Of a DNA stretch of 50,322 nucleotides, positions 8,371 to 18,252 are shown in pieces; the stretch's first letter is position 1; each line of letters begins with the position of its first letter. The DNA comes from an uncultured Bacilli bacterium (GTDB lineage Bacteria; Bacillota_I; Bacilli_A; RF39; UBA660). Where the stretch lies: the NCBI GenBank assembly GCA_947626425.1, contig CANQRX010000002.1, positions 1 through 50,322 on the forward strand. The letters are read 5' to 3'. A program made the position numbers and the translations under genes. The notes below the pieces were generated by a model. That model worked only from the letters and a program-made list of their open reading frames with translations, ran no database searches and was not told the origin of the DNA.

Positions 8371-9894
8371 ATGATTAATCGTCAAAACCTTAAAAAAAAG
8401 GCACGCGCAAACGTTAAAATCAATTATTTTCGAAATGTTATTTTAATTTTTATAGCCACTCTTTTAATAACAGGAACTTATCAGTATAAAACTAAAACTT
8501 ATTTTACAATTAATAATATGCAAATAAAGGAAATTGTTAATAATTATAAAAATGATTTAACTTTAAAGATTCCTTCTAGTAAAACGAATTATGAAACTAA
8601 ATACTATGCTGGAGTTTTGTCGGTTTTTGTTAATGAAATAAGCCAAAGTGGTTCTTTAGCTTACGGAACTTTAACGGCCTTAAATCGTCTTTTATTTCGA
8701 GGGAAAATTAGCGATTTAGTGACTGTTATTTTAGGTTTATTATTATCATTTTTCTTCTTTTTGTTTTTAAAAAACATTATTGTTATTGGTAAAAATCGGT
8801 ATTTTTTAGAACAAAGAATATATCCAGATACGAAGTTTGAAAAATTATTTTTTCCATATAAAGTTAAACAAACTTGTCATTTAGCCTACATTTTATTTTT
8901 AAAATATATTTATCAATTTCTGTGGTCCCTAACTATTGTGGGCGGTTTTATTAAATATTATGAATACATTATGATACCTTATATCTTGGCTGAAAATCCA
9001 ACGATAAATAAAAAGGATGCTTTTGCATTATCCAAACAATTAACTTTTAAAAATAAAAAAAATTTATTTAAATTAGATTTAAGTTTAATTGGTTGGTGGG
9101 TTTTAGGAATTTTATCTTTTAATTTAACAAATATCTTCTATTTTAATGTTTATAAAGAATGTTTGTATGCTCAAATCTATATGAATTTAAGAAAAAAGAA
9201 TAAAAATAAAGTTTTAGTAAAAAAATATTTAAAAGATGAGTATTTAGTTAATAATGAAGATAATGTTAAAACTTATCCTGATTCTAAATATTTTCTTCCT
9301 TTAACGAAAAACAGACGGTGGTTAACACTTAATTATAATAAAAAGTATAGTCTTTCTTCTTATATTTTGTTGTTTTTTACCTTTTCAATAATTGGTTATT
9401 TATCCGAATTATTAATTGCCTTTGTGGAGCAAGGAGTATTCGTTAATCGGGGAACTTTGTTTGGACCTTGGTTACCAATTTATGGGGCAGGGGGATTGTT
9501 AATTTTAATTGTTTTAAAAAAACTTCGTGATAAACCTTTTCTCTTATTTTTAAGCGCGATGGTTTTATGCGGCGTAGTTGAATTTTCAACTTCTGTATAC
9601 TTAGAGATTGTTCATCATATGAAATGGTGGGATTATACTGGCTTTTTTATGAACATTGATGGTCGTGTTTGTTTAGAAGGGTTGTTAATCTTTGGCTTAG
9701 GTGGGTGTGTTTTTACATATATTTTAGCACCTTTACTTGATAATTTATTTGCCAAAATGTCTAAAAAAGGGAAGTATTTCCTATGTGCGATTTTATTAAT
9801 ATTATTTGCCACCGATTTTATTTATTCAACCATTAAACCGAATGAAGGATATGGTATTACTTGTCAAGAAGCGGTTTTAAAGGTGATTTCATGA
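8371..9894 (+). CDS. Polytopic membrane protein, DUF975-like N-terminal half fused to a PF06541-like (putative ABC-transporter type IV) C-terminal half
   Basis: 507 aa with many TM segments. The C-terminal part (FSIIGYLSELL.., LFGPWLPIYGAGG, MKWWDYTG) resembles the PF06541/DUF1113 family. The N-terminus (NLKKKARANVKINYFRN) resembles DUF975. Confidence 0.55.
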   Translation: MINRQNLKKKARANVKINYFRNVILIFIATLLITGTYQYKTKTYFTINNMQIKEIVNNYKNDLTLKIPSSKTNYETKYYAGVLSVFVNEISQSGSLAYGTLTALNRLLFRGKISDLVTVILGLLLSFFFFLFLKNIIVIGKNRYFLEQRIYPDTKFEKLFFPYKVKQTCHLAYILFLKYIYQFLWSLTIVGGFIKYYEYIMIPYILAENPTINKKDAFALSKQLTFKNKKNLFKLDLSLIGWWVLGILSFNLTNIFYFNVYKECLYAQIYMNLRKKNKNKVLVKKYLKDEYLVNNEDNVKTYPDSKYFLPLTKNRRWLTLNYNKKYSLSSYILLFFTFSIIGYLSELLIAFVEQGVFVNRGTLFGPWLPIYGAGGLLILIVLKKLRDKPFLLFLSAMVLCGVVEFSTSVYLEIVHHMKWWDYTGFFMNIDGRVCLEGLLIFGLGGCVFTYILAPLLDNLFAKMSKKGKYFLCAILLILFATDFIYSTIKPNEGYGITCQEAVLKVIS

Positions 9895-10778
9895 TTTTGA
9901 ATATCAGTGGAAGAACCGACATTGTGGCTTTTTATACACCGTGGCTTATGAATCGCTTTGAAGAAGGCTTTATTGATGTTCGTAATCCCATTTGGCCTAA
10001 AAAGGTTTCAAGAATTTATATGAAAGATGTTGATGCCCTTGTTTTTTGTACAAAAAATCCTAAACCAATTATCCCTTATTTAGAAAAAATTAAAAAACCA
10101 ATTTTATTTCAAGTAACGATTACTCCTTATAAAGATGATATTGAAGTTAATGTTAATAAAAAAGAAGTAATTGAAAATGTCAAAAAAATCTCGGAAATTT
10201 TGGGAAGTGATCGAGTATATGTTCGATATGATCCTTTTTTTCTATCTGATAAATATTCGTTAGAATATCATGCCAAGGCTTTTCAAAAGTTAACCAAGGA
10301 ATTACAAGGTTATGTTAAACATTTTATTTTTTCTTTTTTAGATGATTATAAAAACGTTTGTAAAAATCAAAGTGAGATTAAAGCTCAAAAATTGACAAGT
10401 GAGGATATTAAAAATATTGGTCTAACTTTTGCTAAAATTGCTAAGGAAAGGGGAATGACAATTCAAACTTGTGGGGAAAAAGAAAACTTAGAAGAATATG
10501 GCTTTTTAAAAAGGGATTGTCTAGATCTTAATTTAGCTTTTGCGTTAACTGGTAAAACTAAATTTAAAAAATGGAATGCAAGGAAAAATAAATATTGTCA
10601 TTGTGTCGAAATGGTCGATATTGGGTCTTATAATTCTTGTCCCCATTTATGTAAGTATTGTTATGCCAATTTTTTAGAAGATGAAGTCCGAAAAAACTAT
10701 CAACAACATAATAAATCATCATCACTTTTAATTGGAAATTTACAAAAAGATGATGAAATTGTAGTCCGAAAAAAATAA
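9891..10778 (+). CDS. DUF1848 domain protein
   Basis: AAGGTGA RBS. N-terminus MILNISGRTDIVAFYTPWLMNRF.. and C-terminal CHCVEMVDIGSYNSCPHLCKYCYAN Cys cluster are typical of DUF1848. Confidence 0.7.
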   Translation: MILNISGRTDIVAFYTPWLMNRFEEGFIDVRNPIWPKKVSRIYMKDVDALVFCTKNPKPIIPYLEKIKKPILFQVTITPYKDDIEVNVNKKEVIENVKKISEILGSDRVYVRYDPFFLSDKYSLEYHAKAFQKLTKELQGYVKHFIFSFLDDYKNVCKNQSEIKAQKLTSEDIKNIGLTFAKIAKERGMTIQTCGEKENLEEYGFLKRDCLDLNLAFALTGKTKFKKWNARKNKYCHCVEMVDIGSYNSCPHLCKYCYANFLEDEVRKNYQQHNKSSSLLIGNLQKDDEIVVRKK

Positions 10779-10812
10779 ATATGGTATTATTATAATAGAG
10801 AGGATTGATGTA

Positions 10813-11451
10813 ATGAGAATAGCTTTAATAAATGAAAATAGCCAATTAAAGAAAAATGCATTTATTTATAAAACATTACAAAAAGTGGCTCAAAAATATG
10901 GGCATACAGTTTATAATTATGGGGTAAGTGTTAATAAAGACGCTAATATTAATTATGTGGGAGCTGGCTTTTTAACAGGCCTTTTACTAGCAACCCGAAC
11001 AGTTGATTTTGTGATAACGGGTTGTTCAAGTGGAATAGGGGTATGCATGGCTGCCAATAGTATGCCAAATGTTTCTTGTGGTTATGTTGCTGATGGAGTT
11101 GACGCGACTTTATTTGCCAAAGTAAATGCTGGAAATGCTGTAAGTATTCCGTTTGGAAAATATTTTGGAACGGGAGCAGAAATTAATTTAGAACAGATTT
11201 TTCATGCTTTATTTAAAACAGAGTTTGCAAGTGGATACCCAGAAGAGAGAAGAAATATTCAACAAGATCAACGAAAAGAATTAAAATTACTGCAAAAGGC
11301 CGCACGTAAAAGTCTATATGATGTTTTAGATGCCATTGATAAAGATTTTTTATACGAAATTATTGCCAATGACTATTTTGAAGAAAACTTTTTTGCTCAA
11401 TGTCGTGATGATGAAATAGCCGAATTTTTAAAAGAAGTTTTAGATGCTTAA
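10813..11451 (+). CDS. RpiB/LacA/LacB-family sugar-phosphate isomerase-like protein
   Basis: MRIALINENS.. and ITGCSSGIGVCMAANSMPNV match the RpiB CGTGIG-x-SIAANK core. There is an additional C-terminal extension. Confidence 0.6.
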   Translation: MRIALINENSQLKKNAFIYKTLQKVAQKYGHTVYNYGVSVNKDANINYVGAGFLTGLLLATRTVDFVITGCSSGIGVCMAANSMPNVSCGYVADGVDATLFAKVNAGNAVSIPFGKYFGTGAEINLEQIFHALFKTEFASGYPEERRNIQQDQRKELKLLQKAARKSLYDVLDAIDKDFLYEIIANDYFEENFFAQCRDDEIAEFLKEVLDA

Positions 11452-12284
11452 AAATCACTTGGTTTTAAAAAATCGGTATAAATTCCTTTAATTCCTTGCT
11501 TTAGATATTGTTTAGCTAAAGATAAATCATTTTCAGTATGAACATAAATATTGATATGATGCTCTTTAGCTATTTTTAAAATTTCTTCATTGGCAAGAGT
11601 TGTCCACATCGTAATATTGGTAATATTTTTTTCTTCGCACCAATCACATATTTTAGTAAATTCTTCATTGCCACCATTCCAACGCATATACATTGTAAAA
11701 ATATAAGTGGCATTAGGAATAATTTTGTTGATTGTTTCATACATTTCTTCATTATAAATCTGAATAATAAATCTCTTTAAAAGAGAAGGTTTATTTTTAA
11801 TTAAAAAGTACATATAAGAAAATTGTTTAGAAACGGATTCGTAATCAGAATATTTACTATCCGTAACAATATAAACATCTGGGTATTTTTCCATTAGGTT
11901 TAATAAATCGACAAAGGTTAAAGGAGTATATTTACCTAAAATTAAATTATTTAAAAAATCGTCTTTACTAGTAGAATTTTCACCTCCTAAATCATGGGCT
12001 AATACTAGTTCCTGATCACTAGTGAATTGAAAATCAACTTCAAAAGTTCTGATGCCTTCTTTATAACCATTTAAAAAAGCTTCTAAAGAATTAGTATAAC
12101 TAATATTATCAATTCCATAAAAAGCATGACCAATCAAAAAATCGTTTTGCCAAGAATATTGTTCTTCAAAAACTTTTTCGGTTTTATCATTAATACTAAA
12201 ACTTTCTTTATAAAAAAAGATTGCTCCAAATATTAGAAAAATCACTATAATAAGAAATATTTTTTTTATCATGTTATTCACCAT
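11448..12284 (-). CDS. Membrane-anchored glycerophosphodiester phosphodiesterase (GDPD) family protein
   Basis: N-terminal TM helix. GHAFYG..NSLEAF...EVDFQFTSDQELVLAHD matches the GDPD catalytic N-terminal pattern. Confidence 0.6.
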   Translation of the reverse strand: MVNNMIKKIFLIIVIFLIFGAIFFYKESFSINDKTEKVFEEQYSWQNDFLIGHAFYGIDNISYTNSLEAFLNGYKEGIRTFEVDFQFTSDQELVLAHDLGGENSTSKDDFLNNLILGKYTPLTFVDLLNLMEKYPDVYIVTDSKYSDYESVSKQFSYMYFLIKNKPSLLKRFIIQIYNEEMYETINKIIPNATYIFTMYMRWNGGNEEFTKICDWCEEKNITNITMWTTLANEEILKIAKEHHINIYVHTENDLSLAKQYLKQGIKGIYTDFLKPSDF

Positions 12285-12425
12285 AAATAACTATATCATC
12301 GTTTTTTGGGGAAGTCAAAATTTGTCAAGAAAAAAATCATTGCAAAAAATTAAATAATTTTAGATAAATGCTCTGTAATTTTAATAGAGTTTTTAACTTT
12401 AAATATTAACTTTTGTAAATGCTAA

Positions 12426-12454
12426 TTGAAAAGGTAAAAAAAATAGTATATACT
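12426..12454 (+). promoter_or_regulatory. Sigma-A-type promoter (TTGAAA-N17-TATACT) of paralog 1
   Basis: Hexamers and 17-nt spacing read directly. The same architecture is conserved upstream of all three paralogs. Confidence 0.6.
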
Positions 12455-12490
12455 GATAATAATAGAGGAAAAATAGTAAGGGATGAGTAA

Positions 12491-13105
12491 ATGAAAACAA
12501 AACATAAAATTTTATTGGTATTACTTTCATTATCATTGATAGCTAGTTTATATGTAGTTCAATCTTATGCTTTATGGTCTTACACCGCCCCTCAAACTAC
12601 AACAAACAGTGTTAGTTCTGGATGCTTTAATATACAATATAGTGAAACAAGTGGTTCAAATTTAAGTTTAACAAAGTCTTATCCTATAAGCGACGCAGAT
12701 GCTATAAAAAAAGAAACTAATCCGTATACTTTTACAATAACGAATAAGTGTACAATAAATACTGCTTATACAGTTACTTTGAATGTTATGAAAGGGAGTA
12801 ATTTAAGTACGTCATTTATTAAATATGCGTTAGTTTCAGGTACTACGACTCCAACTGGAAAATTTCTTAGTAAAGCTCCAACTAATACAGATACTACTAA
12901 TTATGAAAATAGTGCTAATATTCTAAATTCATATAAAGTTGCAACTGGTGTACTAGCCAATAACGGCGCCCATACATTTAAGTTGTATTTATGGATTGAT
13001 GAAAGTGCAACTACGGCAATTGCAGGACAAAAATTTGAAGCCGCTGTTTATGTCAACAATGTTCCAACTACAAGTGCTGCATCTGGTCCAATTATGAGCC
13101 AGTAA
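12491..13105 (+). CDS. Secreted/anchored protein, paralog 1 of 3, with TasA/SipW-like signal end (QSYALW)
   Basis: AAGGGA RBS. N-terminus MKTKHKILLVLLSLSLIASLYVVQSYALWSY, then SGCF, SYPISD, PYTFTITNKC, FKLYLWIDESA and AAVYVNNVPT. It is homologous to 13334-13951, 14091-14768 and residues 1-195 of the 39851-41695 product. Confidence 0.75.
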   Translation: MKTKHKILLVLLSLSLIASLYVVQSYALWSYTAPQTTTNSVSSGCFNIQYSETSGSNLSLTKSYPISDADAIKKETNPYTFTITNKCTINTAYTVTLNVMKGSNLSTSFIKYALVSGTTTPTGKFLSKAPTNTDTTNYENSANILNSYKVATGVLANNGAHTFKLYLWIDESATTAIAGQKFEAAVYVNNVPTTSAASGPIMSQ

Positions 13106-13267
13106 TATTCTCTTGATAATTTTAAATCTATTTAGGCAACTAAGATAATTGAAAATAGTTTTTTGAAAATAATTTCTTTAACTTTTTTAAATCTTTAACA
13201 TAAAAAAATTATTATCTTTTATTATGTCAAAGCTATAATTAGATTTTGTCAATTTATAAAATGTTTA

Positions 13268-13296
13268 TTGAAAAGATAAGAAAAATAGTTTATACT
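13268..13296 (+). promoter_or_regulatory. Sigma-A-type promoter (TTGAAA-N17-TATACT) of paralog 2
   Basis: Read directly. The conserved block continues to the RBS (..gataatagag..aaatagtaagggatg). Confidence 0.6.
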
Positions 13297-13333
13297 GATG
13301 ATAATAGAGAGAAAATAGTAAGGGATGGGTTTC

Positions 13334-13951
13334 ATGAAAACAAAATATAAAATTTTATTGGTATTACTTTCATTATCATTAATAGCCAGCTTATATATAG
13401 CCCAGTCTTATGCTTTATGGTCTTATACTGCCCCTCAAACTTCTACCAATAGTGTCAATTCGGGCTGCTTTAATATTACTTATACAGATACAGGGAGTTC
13501 CTCATTAAATTTATTACATAGTTTTCCAATAAGTGATACGGACGCATTAAGAATAGAGAGTCCATATACTTTTACAATTACAAATAGTTGCTCAATTAAT
13601 ACGGAATATACTGTTACTTTAAATGTAATAAATACTAGTACTTTAGATGCTGCAAATATTAAGTATGCTTTGGTTCCAAATAATGATAGTAATCCTACCG
13701 CTGGGAAATTTCTTAGTAGTGCTCCAATTAATAGTGATACTAATAATTATGACGCCAAAAGTACTATTAAAACTTCCTATAAATTAGCTAGTGGTGTGTT
13801 AGCACAAAATGGAACTGCAAAATTTAAGTTATATCTGTGGATAAAAGAGGAAGCAACAGATTCCATAAAAGGGCAAACATTTACATCGGCAGTTTATGTC
13901 AACAATGTTCCAACTAATAAAGGTGTAACTGGACCAACTATGAGTCAATAA
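13334..13951 (+). CDS. Secreted/anchored protein, paralog 2 of 3 (QSYALW signal end)
   Basis: Start chosen at MKTKYKILL by analogy with the other copies and by RBS position. Same conserved blocks as paralog 1. Confidence 0.75.
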   Translation: MKTKYKILLVLLSLSLIASLYIAQSYALWSYTAPQTSTNSVNSGCFNITYTDTGSSSLNLLHSFPISDTDALRIESPYTFTITNSCSINTEYTVTLNVINTSTLDAANIKYALVPNNDSNPTAGKFLSSAPINSDTNNYDAKSTIKTSYKLASGVLAQNGTAKFKLYLWIKEEATDSIKGQTFTSAVYVNNVPTNKGVTGPTMSQ

Positions 13952-14026
13952 ATTTTTAAATCTTATTTCTTTTAATAAAAAAGACATTAAAACATTTTTT
14001 GCTTTTGTTCGTTTTTAAAATGTTCA

Positions 14027-14055
14027 TTGAAAAGACAAGAAAAATAGTTTATACT
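14027..14055 (+). promoter_or_regulatory. Sigma-A-type promoter (TTGAAA-N17-TATACT) of paralog 3
   Basis: Read directly. Confidence 0.6.
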
Positions 14056-14090
14056 GATGATAATAGAGAAAAATAGTAAGGGATGAGGTC

Positions 14091-14768
14091 ATGAAAACAA
14101 AATATAAAATTTTATTAGGAATAATTTCTCTCGCGTTATTAGCTAGTTTATATATAGCTCAGTCTTATGCTTTATGGACTTTCACGGCCCCTCAAACTAC
14201 TACAAACAGTGTCAGTTCTGGTTGCTTTGATATAGAATACAGTGAAACAGCCAGTTCAACTTTGAATTTAACTCAGTCTTATCCTATAGATGACGCTCAA
14301 GCCTTAAGTAAAGAAACCCCATATACTTTTACAATTAAAAATAATTGTTCTATTAGTACTGAATATACTGTGACTTTAAATACATTAACTTCAAATACAT
14401 TAGATGATGCCAAAATTAAATATGCAATTGTGTCTGGAAGTAGCACTACTACAACTGGTAAAAAGTTATCTGAAGCCACGGCAAATGCTGATACTACAAA
14501 TTTTAATTTAGGTAGTACTTTAAAAAAATCTTATAAATTGGCTACAGGTGTATTAACGCAAAGTGGCTCTGTAACATTTAAGTTGTATTTATGGATCGAT
14601 GCTAGTGCCGGAAATGAAGTAATGAGTCAAAAATTTAATGCTGCTGTTTATGTTAACAATGTTCCAACTAATAAATCAGCAGCAAGTCCGACTATAAGTT
14701 CACCTAGTGTTGATGAAGGACCATCCTTTGAAGATGAAGTTCCTACTGATGAAAATGCTATTGAATAA
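14091..14768 (+). CDS. Secreted/anchored protein, paralog 3 of 3 (QSYALW signal end) with acidic C-terminal tail
   Basis: Same conserved blocks as paralogs 1 and 2, plus an extra SPSVDEGPSFEDEVPTDENAIE tail. Confidence 0.75.
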   Translation: MKTKYKILLGIISLALLASLYIAQSYALWTFTAPQTTTNSVSSGCFDIEYSETASSTLNLTQSYPIDDAQALSKETPYTFTIKNNCSISTEYTVTLNTLTSNTLDDAKIKYAIVSGSSTTTTGKKLSEATANADTTNFNLGSTLKKSYKLATGVLTQSGSVTFKLYLWIDASAGNEVMSQKFNAAVYVNNVPTNKSAASPTISSPSVDEGPSFEDEVPTDENAIE

Positions 14769-14778
14769 CGCTTAATGG

Positions 14779-14804
14779 ATAAAGATAACTAATCTTTATT
14801 TTTT
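14779..14804 (+). terminator. Rho-independent terminator after the three-paralog cluster
   Basis: ATAAAGAT-AACTA-ATCTTTAT 8-bp stem followed by T5. Confidence 0.6.
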
Positions 14805-14885
14805 AATTAAAAATTCAAAAGGCCTTTTTCTTGTTTTATAAGATGATATTTGTTAATATTAGAGTAAGAAAAGAGGGATAATATC

Positions 14886-16520
14886 ATGAAATCAGTGTCA
14901 ATAGGAAACGATGATTTTAGTGATTTAATAAAAAGTAATAGTTATTATGTCGATAAAACTAATGCTATTGAAGAATTATTAAAAAATAATAAAAAAGTAG
15001 TCTTATATACAAGACCGCGAAGATTTGGTAAAAGTTTGTTTATATCAATGTTAGAACATTTTTTTGACATTGATGAATCTTGTAGTAACAAAGATTTATT
15101 TAAAGGATTATATATATCCAAAAGTCCATATTTTAGTGAGTTTGGTAGTTTCCCAGTTATTAGTTTAACTTTTAAAAATTTAAAACAAAATACTTATGAA
15201 AGTGTTTATGCTCAGTTTGTTGCTATAATAAAACAAATATATGTTGATAAAAATTATGTTTTTGAGGTTTTAGATGATTCCGAAAAAGATTTATTCAACG
15301 GAATCAAAAATGGAACAGTTACGATTGAAGAATATAAATTATCAATATTTCTTTTATCAAGATGGTTAGAAAGGTATCATCAAAGGAAAGTTGTAATTTT
15401 AATTGATGAATACGATGTTCCAATTCAATGTGGTTATTTAAAAGGCTTTTACGATGAAGTAATAGATTTAATCAGCAGTGTTTTTTCGGCTTGTTTAAAA
15501 ACCAATAATTCTTTAAAAATGGGAATATTAACTGGTGTTTTACGAGTAAGTAAAGAATCAATTTTCAGTGATTTAAATAATTTAAAAGTATATGATATGA
15601 TGAGCTTTCATTATCTTGAATCATTTGGGTTTACGGAATCAGAAACAAAAGAATTATTAGAATATTATGGTTTAGAATTAACAAGTGATGTTAAAAATTT
15701 TTATGATGGATATAGTATGAATGGAGTAAGTATATATAATCCTTGGAGTATTCTAAATTATGCTGATGAAAAAATTTTAAATTCGTATTGGATAAATACT
15801 TCGGGAAATGATTTAATAATAAAATTATTAAGTGAAACAAGTAAAGAAGTTAAAATCGACATTGAAAAATTAGCAACTGGAGAAAGTATTTCATTTACCT
15901 ATAATGATAAATTAACCTATTTAGATTTGGATAAAAAACAAAGTAAAAATAATATTTTAAACTTAATGTATGCTTCAGGTTATTTAACAATCGATCAAGT
16001 TATTGATGAAGCATTTCGAAAGTACAGCGTAAAGATACCTAATGAAGAAGTAAAAATATTTATATTAAAAATTATTAGTTATGCTTATGCAAATGATGTA
16101 ATAGATGAATACGTTAGTAATTTTGGGGAGGCTTTAAAAAATGATAATAAAGAAGAAATGGAAAAAAGTTTAAATAAAATGTTAGAAAGTATGTCATATA
16201 TGGTAACTTGCGACAACTTTTATCATGGATATATGTTAGGAATTTTTCAAGGCTTTTTAAGAGGACAATATATTGTCAAATCAAACCGAGAAGGAGGATT
16301 AGGAAGATTTGATGTATTAATTGAGAAAAAAGATCGAAATTTTGGCTGTATTTTTGAATTTAAAATAGCTGAGAAAGAAAGTGAAATGGAAAATTTAGCA
16401 AGCCTTGCTAAAAAGCAAATGAAAGAAAAAGAATATTACAAAGAATTACAATTAGACAAAGTTGAAAATATAAAAGAATATGCTTTAGTATTTTATGAAA
16501 AGAAATGTGTTGTTAGGTAA
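14886..16520 (+). CDS. Predicted AAA-ATPase (PF09820-like) with C-terminal PD-(D/E)XK nuclease domain (PDDEXK_9-like), copy 1
   Basis: N-terminus IGNDDFSDLIKSNSYYVDKT..YTRPRRFGKSLFISMLEHFF is the signature of the predicted AAA-ATPase family. C-terminus GGLGRFDVLIE..IFEFK fits a PD-(D/E)XK core. Confidence 0.8.
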   Translation: MKSVSIGNDDFSDLIKSNSYYVDKTNAIEELLKNNKKVVLYTRPRRFGKSLFISMLEHFFDIDESCSNKDLFKGLYISKSPYFSEFGSFPVISLTFKNLKQNTYESVYAQFVAIIKQIYVDKNYVFEVLDDSEKDLFNGIKNGTVTIEEYKLSIFLLSRWLERYHQRKVVILIDEYDVPIQCGYLKGFYDEVIDLISSVFSACLKTNNSLKMGILTGVLRVSKESIFSDLNNLKVYDMMSFHYLESFGFTESETKELLEYYGLELTSDVKNFYDGYSMNGVSIYNPWSILNYADEKILNSYWINTSGNDLIIKLLSETSKEVKIDIEKLATGESISFTYNDKLTYLDLDKKQSKNNILNLMYASGYLTIDQVIDEAFRKYSVKIPNEEVKIFILKIISYAYANDVIDEYVSNFGEALKNDNKEEMEKSLNKMLESMSYMVTCDNFYHGYMLGIFQGFLRGQYIVKSNREGGLGRFDVLIEKKDRNFGCIFEFKIAEKESEMENLASLAKKQMKEKEYYKELQLDKVENIKEYALVFYEKKCVVR

Positions 16521-16535
16521 AGGAGGGATAATATC

Positions 16536-18170
16536 ATGAAATCAGTGTCAATAGGAAACGATGATTTTAGTGATTTAATAAAAAGTAATAGTTATTATGT
16601 CGATAAAACTAATGCTATTGAAGAATTATTAAAAAATAATAAAAAAGTAGTCTTATATACAAGACCGCGAAGATTTGGTAAAAGTTTGTTTATATCAATG
16701 TTAGAACATTTTTTTGACATTGATGAATCTTGTAGTAACAAAGATTTATTTAAAGGATTATATATATCCAAAAGTCCATATTTTAGTGAGTTTGGAAGTT
16801 TCCCAGTTATTAGTTTAACTTTTAAAAATTTAAAACAAAATACTTATGATGAAGTATATGAACAGTTTGTGATGCTTATAGAAAAACTATATACAGAAAA
16901 AAGTTATGTTTTAGAAGTATTAGATGAAGATGAAAAAAATAAATTCAAAAGAATAAAAAGTGGTCAAGCAAAATATAGTGAATATCAAGATTCGTTATTT
17001 CAATTATCAATATGGTTAGAAAGGTATCATCAAAAGAAAGTTGTAATTTTAATTGATGAATATGATGCTCCTATTCAAAGTGGTTATTTGAATGGCTTTT
17101 ATGATAAGGTAATAAATTTAATTAGAAGTGTTTTTTCAGCTTGTTTAAAAACCAATAAATCTTTAAAGATGGGAGTATTAACCGGAGTTTTACGAGTAAG
17201 TAAAGAATCAATTTTCAGTGATTTAAATAATTTAAAGGTATATGATATGATGAGCCTTCATTATCTTGAATCATTTGGTTTTACGGAAAAGGAAACTAAA
17301 GAATTATTAGAATATTATGGTTTAGAATTAACAAGTGATGTTAAAAATTTTTATGATGGATATAGTATGAATGGAGTAAGTATATATAATCCTTGGAGTA
17401 TTCTAAATTATGCTGATGAAAAAATTTTAAATTCGTATTGGATAAATACTTCGGGAAATGATTTAATAATAAAATTATTAAGTGAAACAAGTAAAGAAGT
17501 TAAAATCGACATTGAAAAATTAGCAACTGGAGAAAGTATTTCATTTACCTATAATGATAAATTAACCTATTTAGATTTGGATAAAAAACAAAGTAAAAAT
17601 AATATTTTAAACTTAATGTATGCTTCAGGTTATTTAACAATCGATCAAGTTATTGATGAAGCATTTCGAAAGTACAGCGTAAAGATACCTAATGAAGAAG
17701 TAAAAATATTTATATTAAAAATTATTAGTTATGCTTATGCAAATGATGTAATAGATGAATACGTTAGTAATTTTGGGGAGGCTTTAAAAAATGATAATAA
17801 AGAAGAAATGGAAAAAAGTTTAAATAAAATGTTAGAAAGTATGTCATATATGGTAACTTGCGACAACTTTTATCATGGATATATGTTAGGAATTTTTCAA
17901 GGCTTTTTAAGAGGACAATATATTGTCAAATCAAACCGAGAAGGAGGATTAGGAAGATTTGATGTATTAATTGAGAAAAAAGATCGAAATTTTGGCTGTA
18001 TTTTTGAATTTAAAATAGCTGAGAAAGAAAGTGAAATGGAAAATTTAGCAAGCCTTGCTAAAAAGCAAATGAAAGAAAAAGAATATTACAAAGAATTACA
18101 ATTAGACAAAGTTGAAAATATAAAAGAATATGCTTTAGTATTTTATGAAAAGAAATGTGTTGTTAGGTAA
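16536..18170 (+). CDS. Predicted AAA-ATPase with C-terminal PD-(D/E)XK domain, copy 2
   Basis: Same length (544 aa) and motifs as copy 1. Residues 1-104 and about 256-544 are identical to copy 1. Confidence 0.8.
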   Translation: MKSVSIGNDDFSDLIKSNSYYVDKTNAIEELLKNNKKVVLYTRPRRFGKSLFISMLEHFFDIDESCSNKDLFKGLYISKSPYFSEFGSFPVISLTFKNLKQNTYDEVYEQFVMLIEKLYTEKSYVLEVLDEDEKNKFKRIKSGQAKYSEYQDSLFQLSIWLERYHQKKVVILIDEYDAPIQSGYLNGFYDKVINLIRSVFSACLKTNKSLKMGVLTGVLRVSKESIFSDLNNLKVYDMMSLHYLESFGFTEKETKELLEYYGLELTSDVKNFYDGYSMNGVSIYNPWSILNYADEKILNSYWINTSGNDLIIKLLSETSKEVKIDIEKLATGESISFTYNDKLTYLDLDKKQSKNNILNLMYASGYLTIDQVIDEAFRKYSVKIPNEEVKIFILKIISYAYANDVIDEYVSNFGEALKNDNKEEMEKSLNKMLESMSYMVTCDNFYHGYMLGIFQGFLRGQYIVKSNREGGLGRFDVLIEKKDRNFGCIFEFKIAEKESEMENLASLAKKQMKEKEYYKELQLDKVENIKEYALVFYEKKCVVR

Positions 18171-18252
18171 ATAAAAAAACAGGGGGATTGATTTTAATAG
18201 ACTTTAAATCACCTTTTTGATAAAATTGTTAAAGTAATGAAGGGAGCTAGTT

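Larger units (their letters stand above)
14873..18173 (+). repeat. Tandem duplication, 2 x 1650 bp, with identical flanks and a diverged centre
   Basis: 14873-15199 matches 16523-16849 (one mismatch seen). 15651-16520 matches 17301-18170 with no mismatch seen. 15200-15650 versus 16850-17300 is clearly diverged. Confidence 0.9.
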
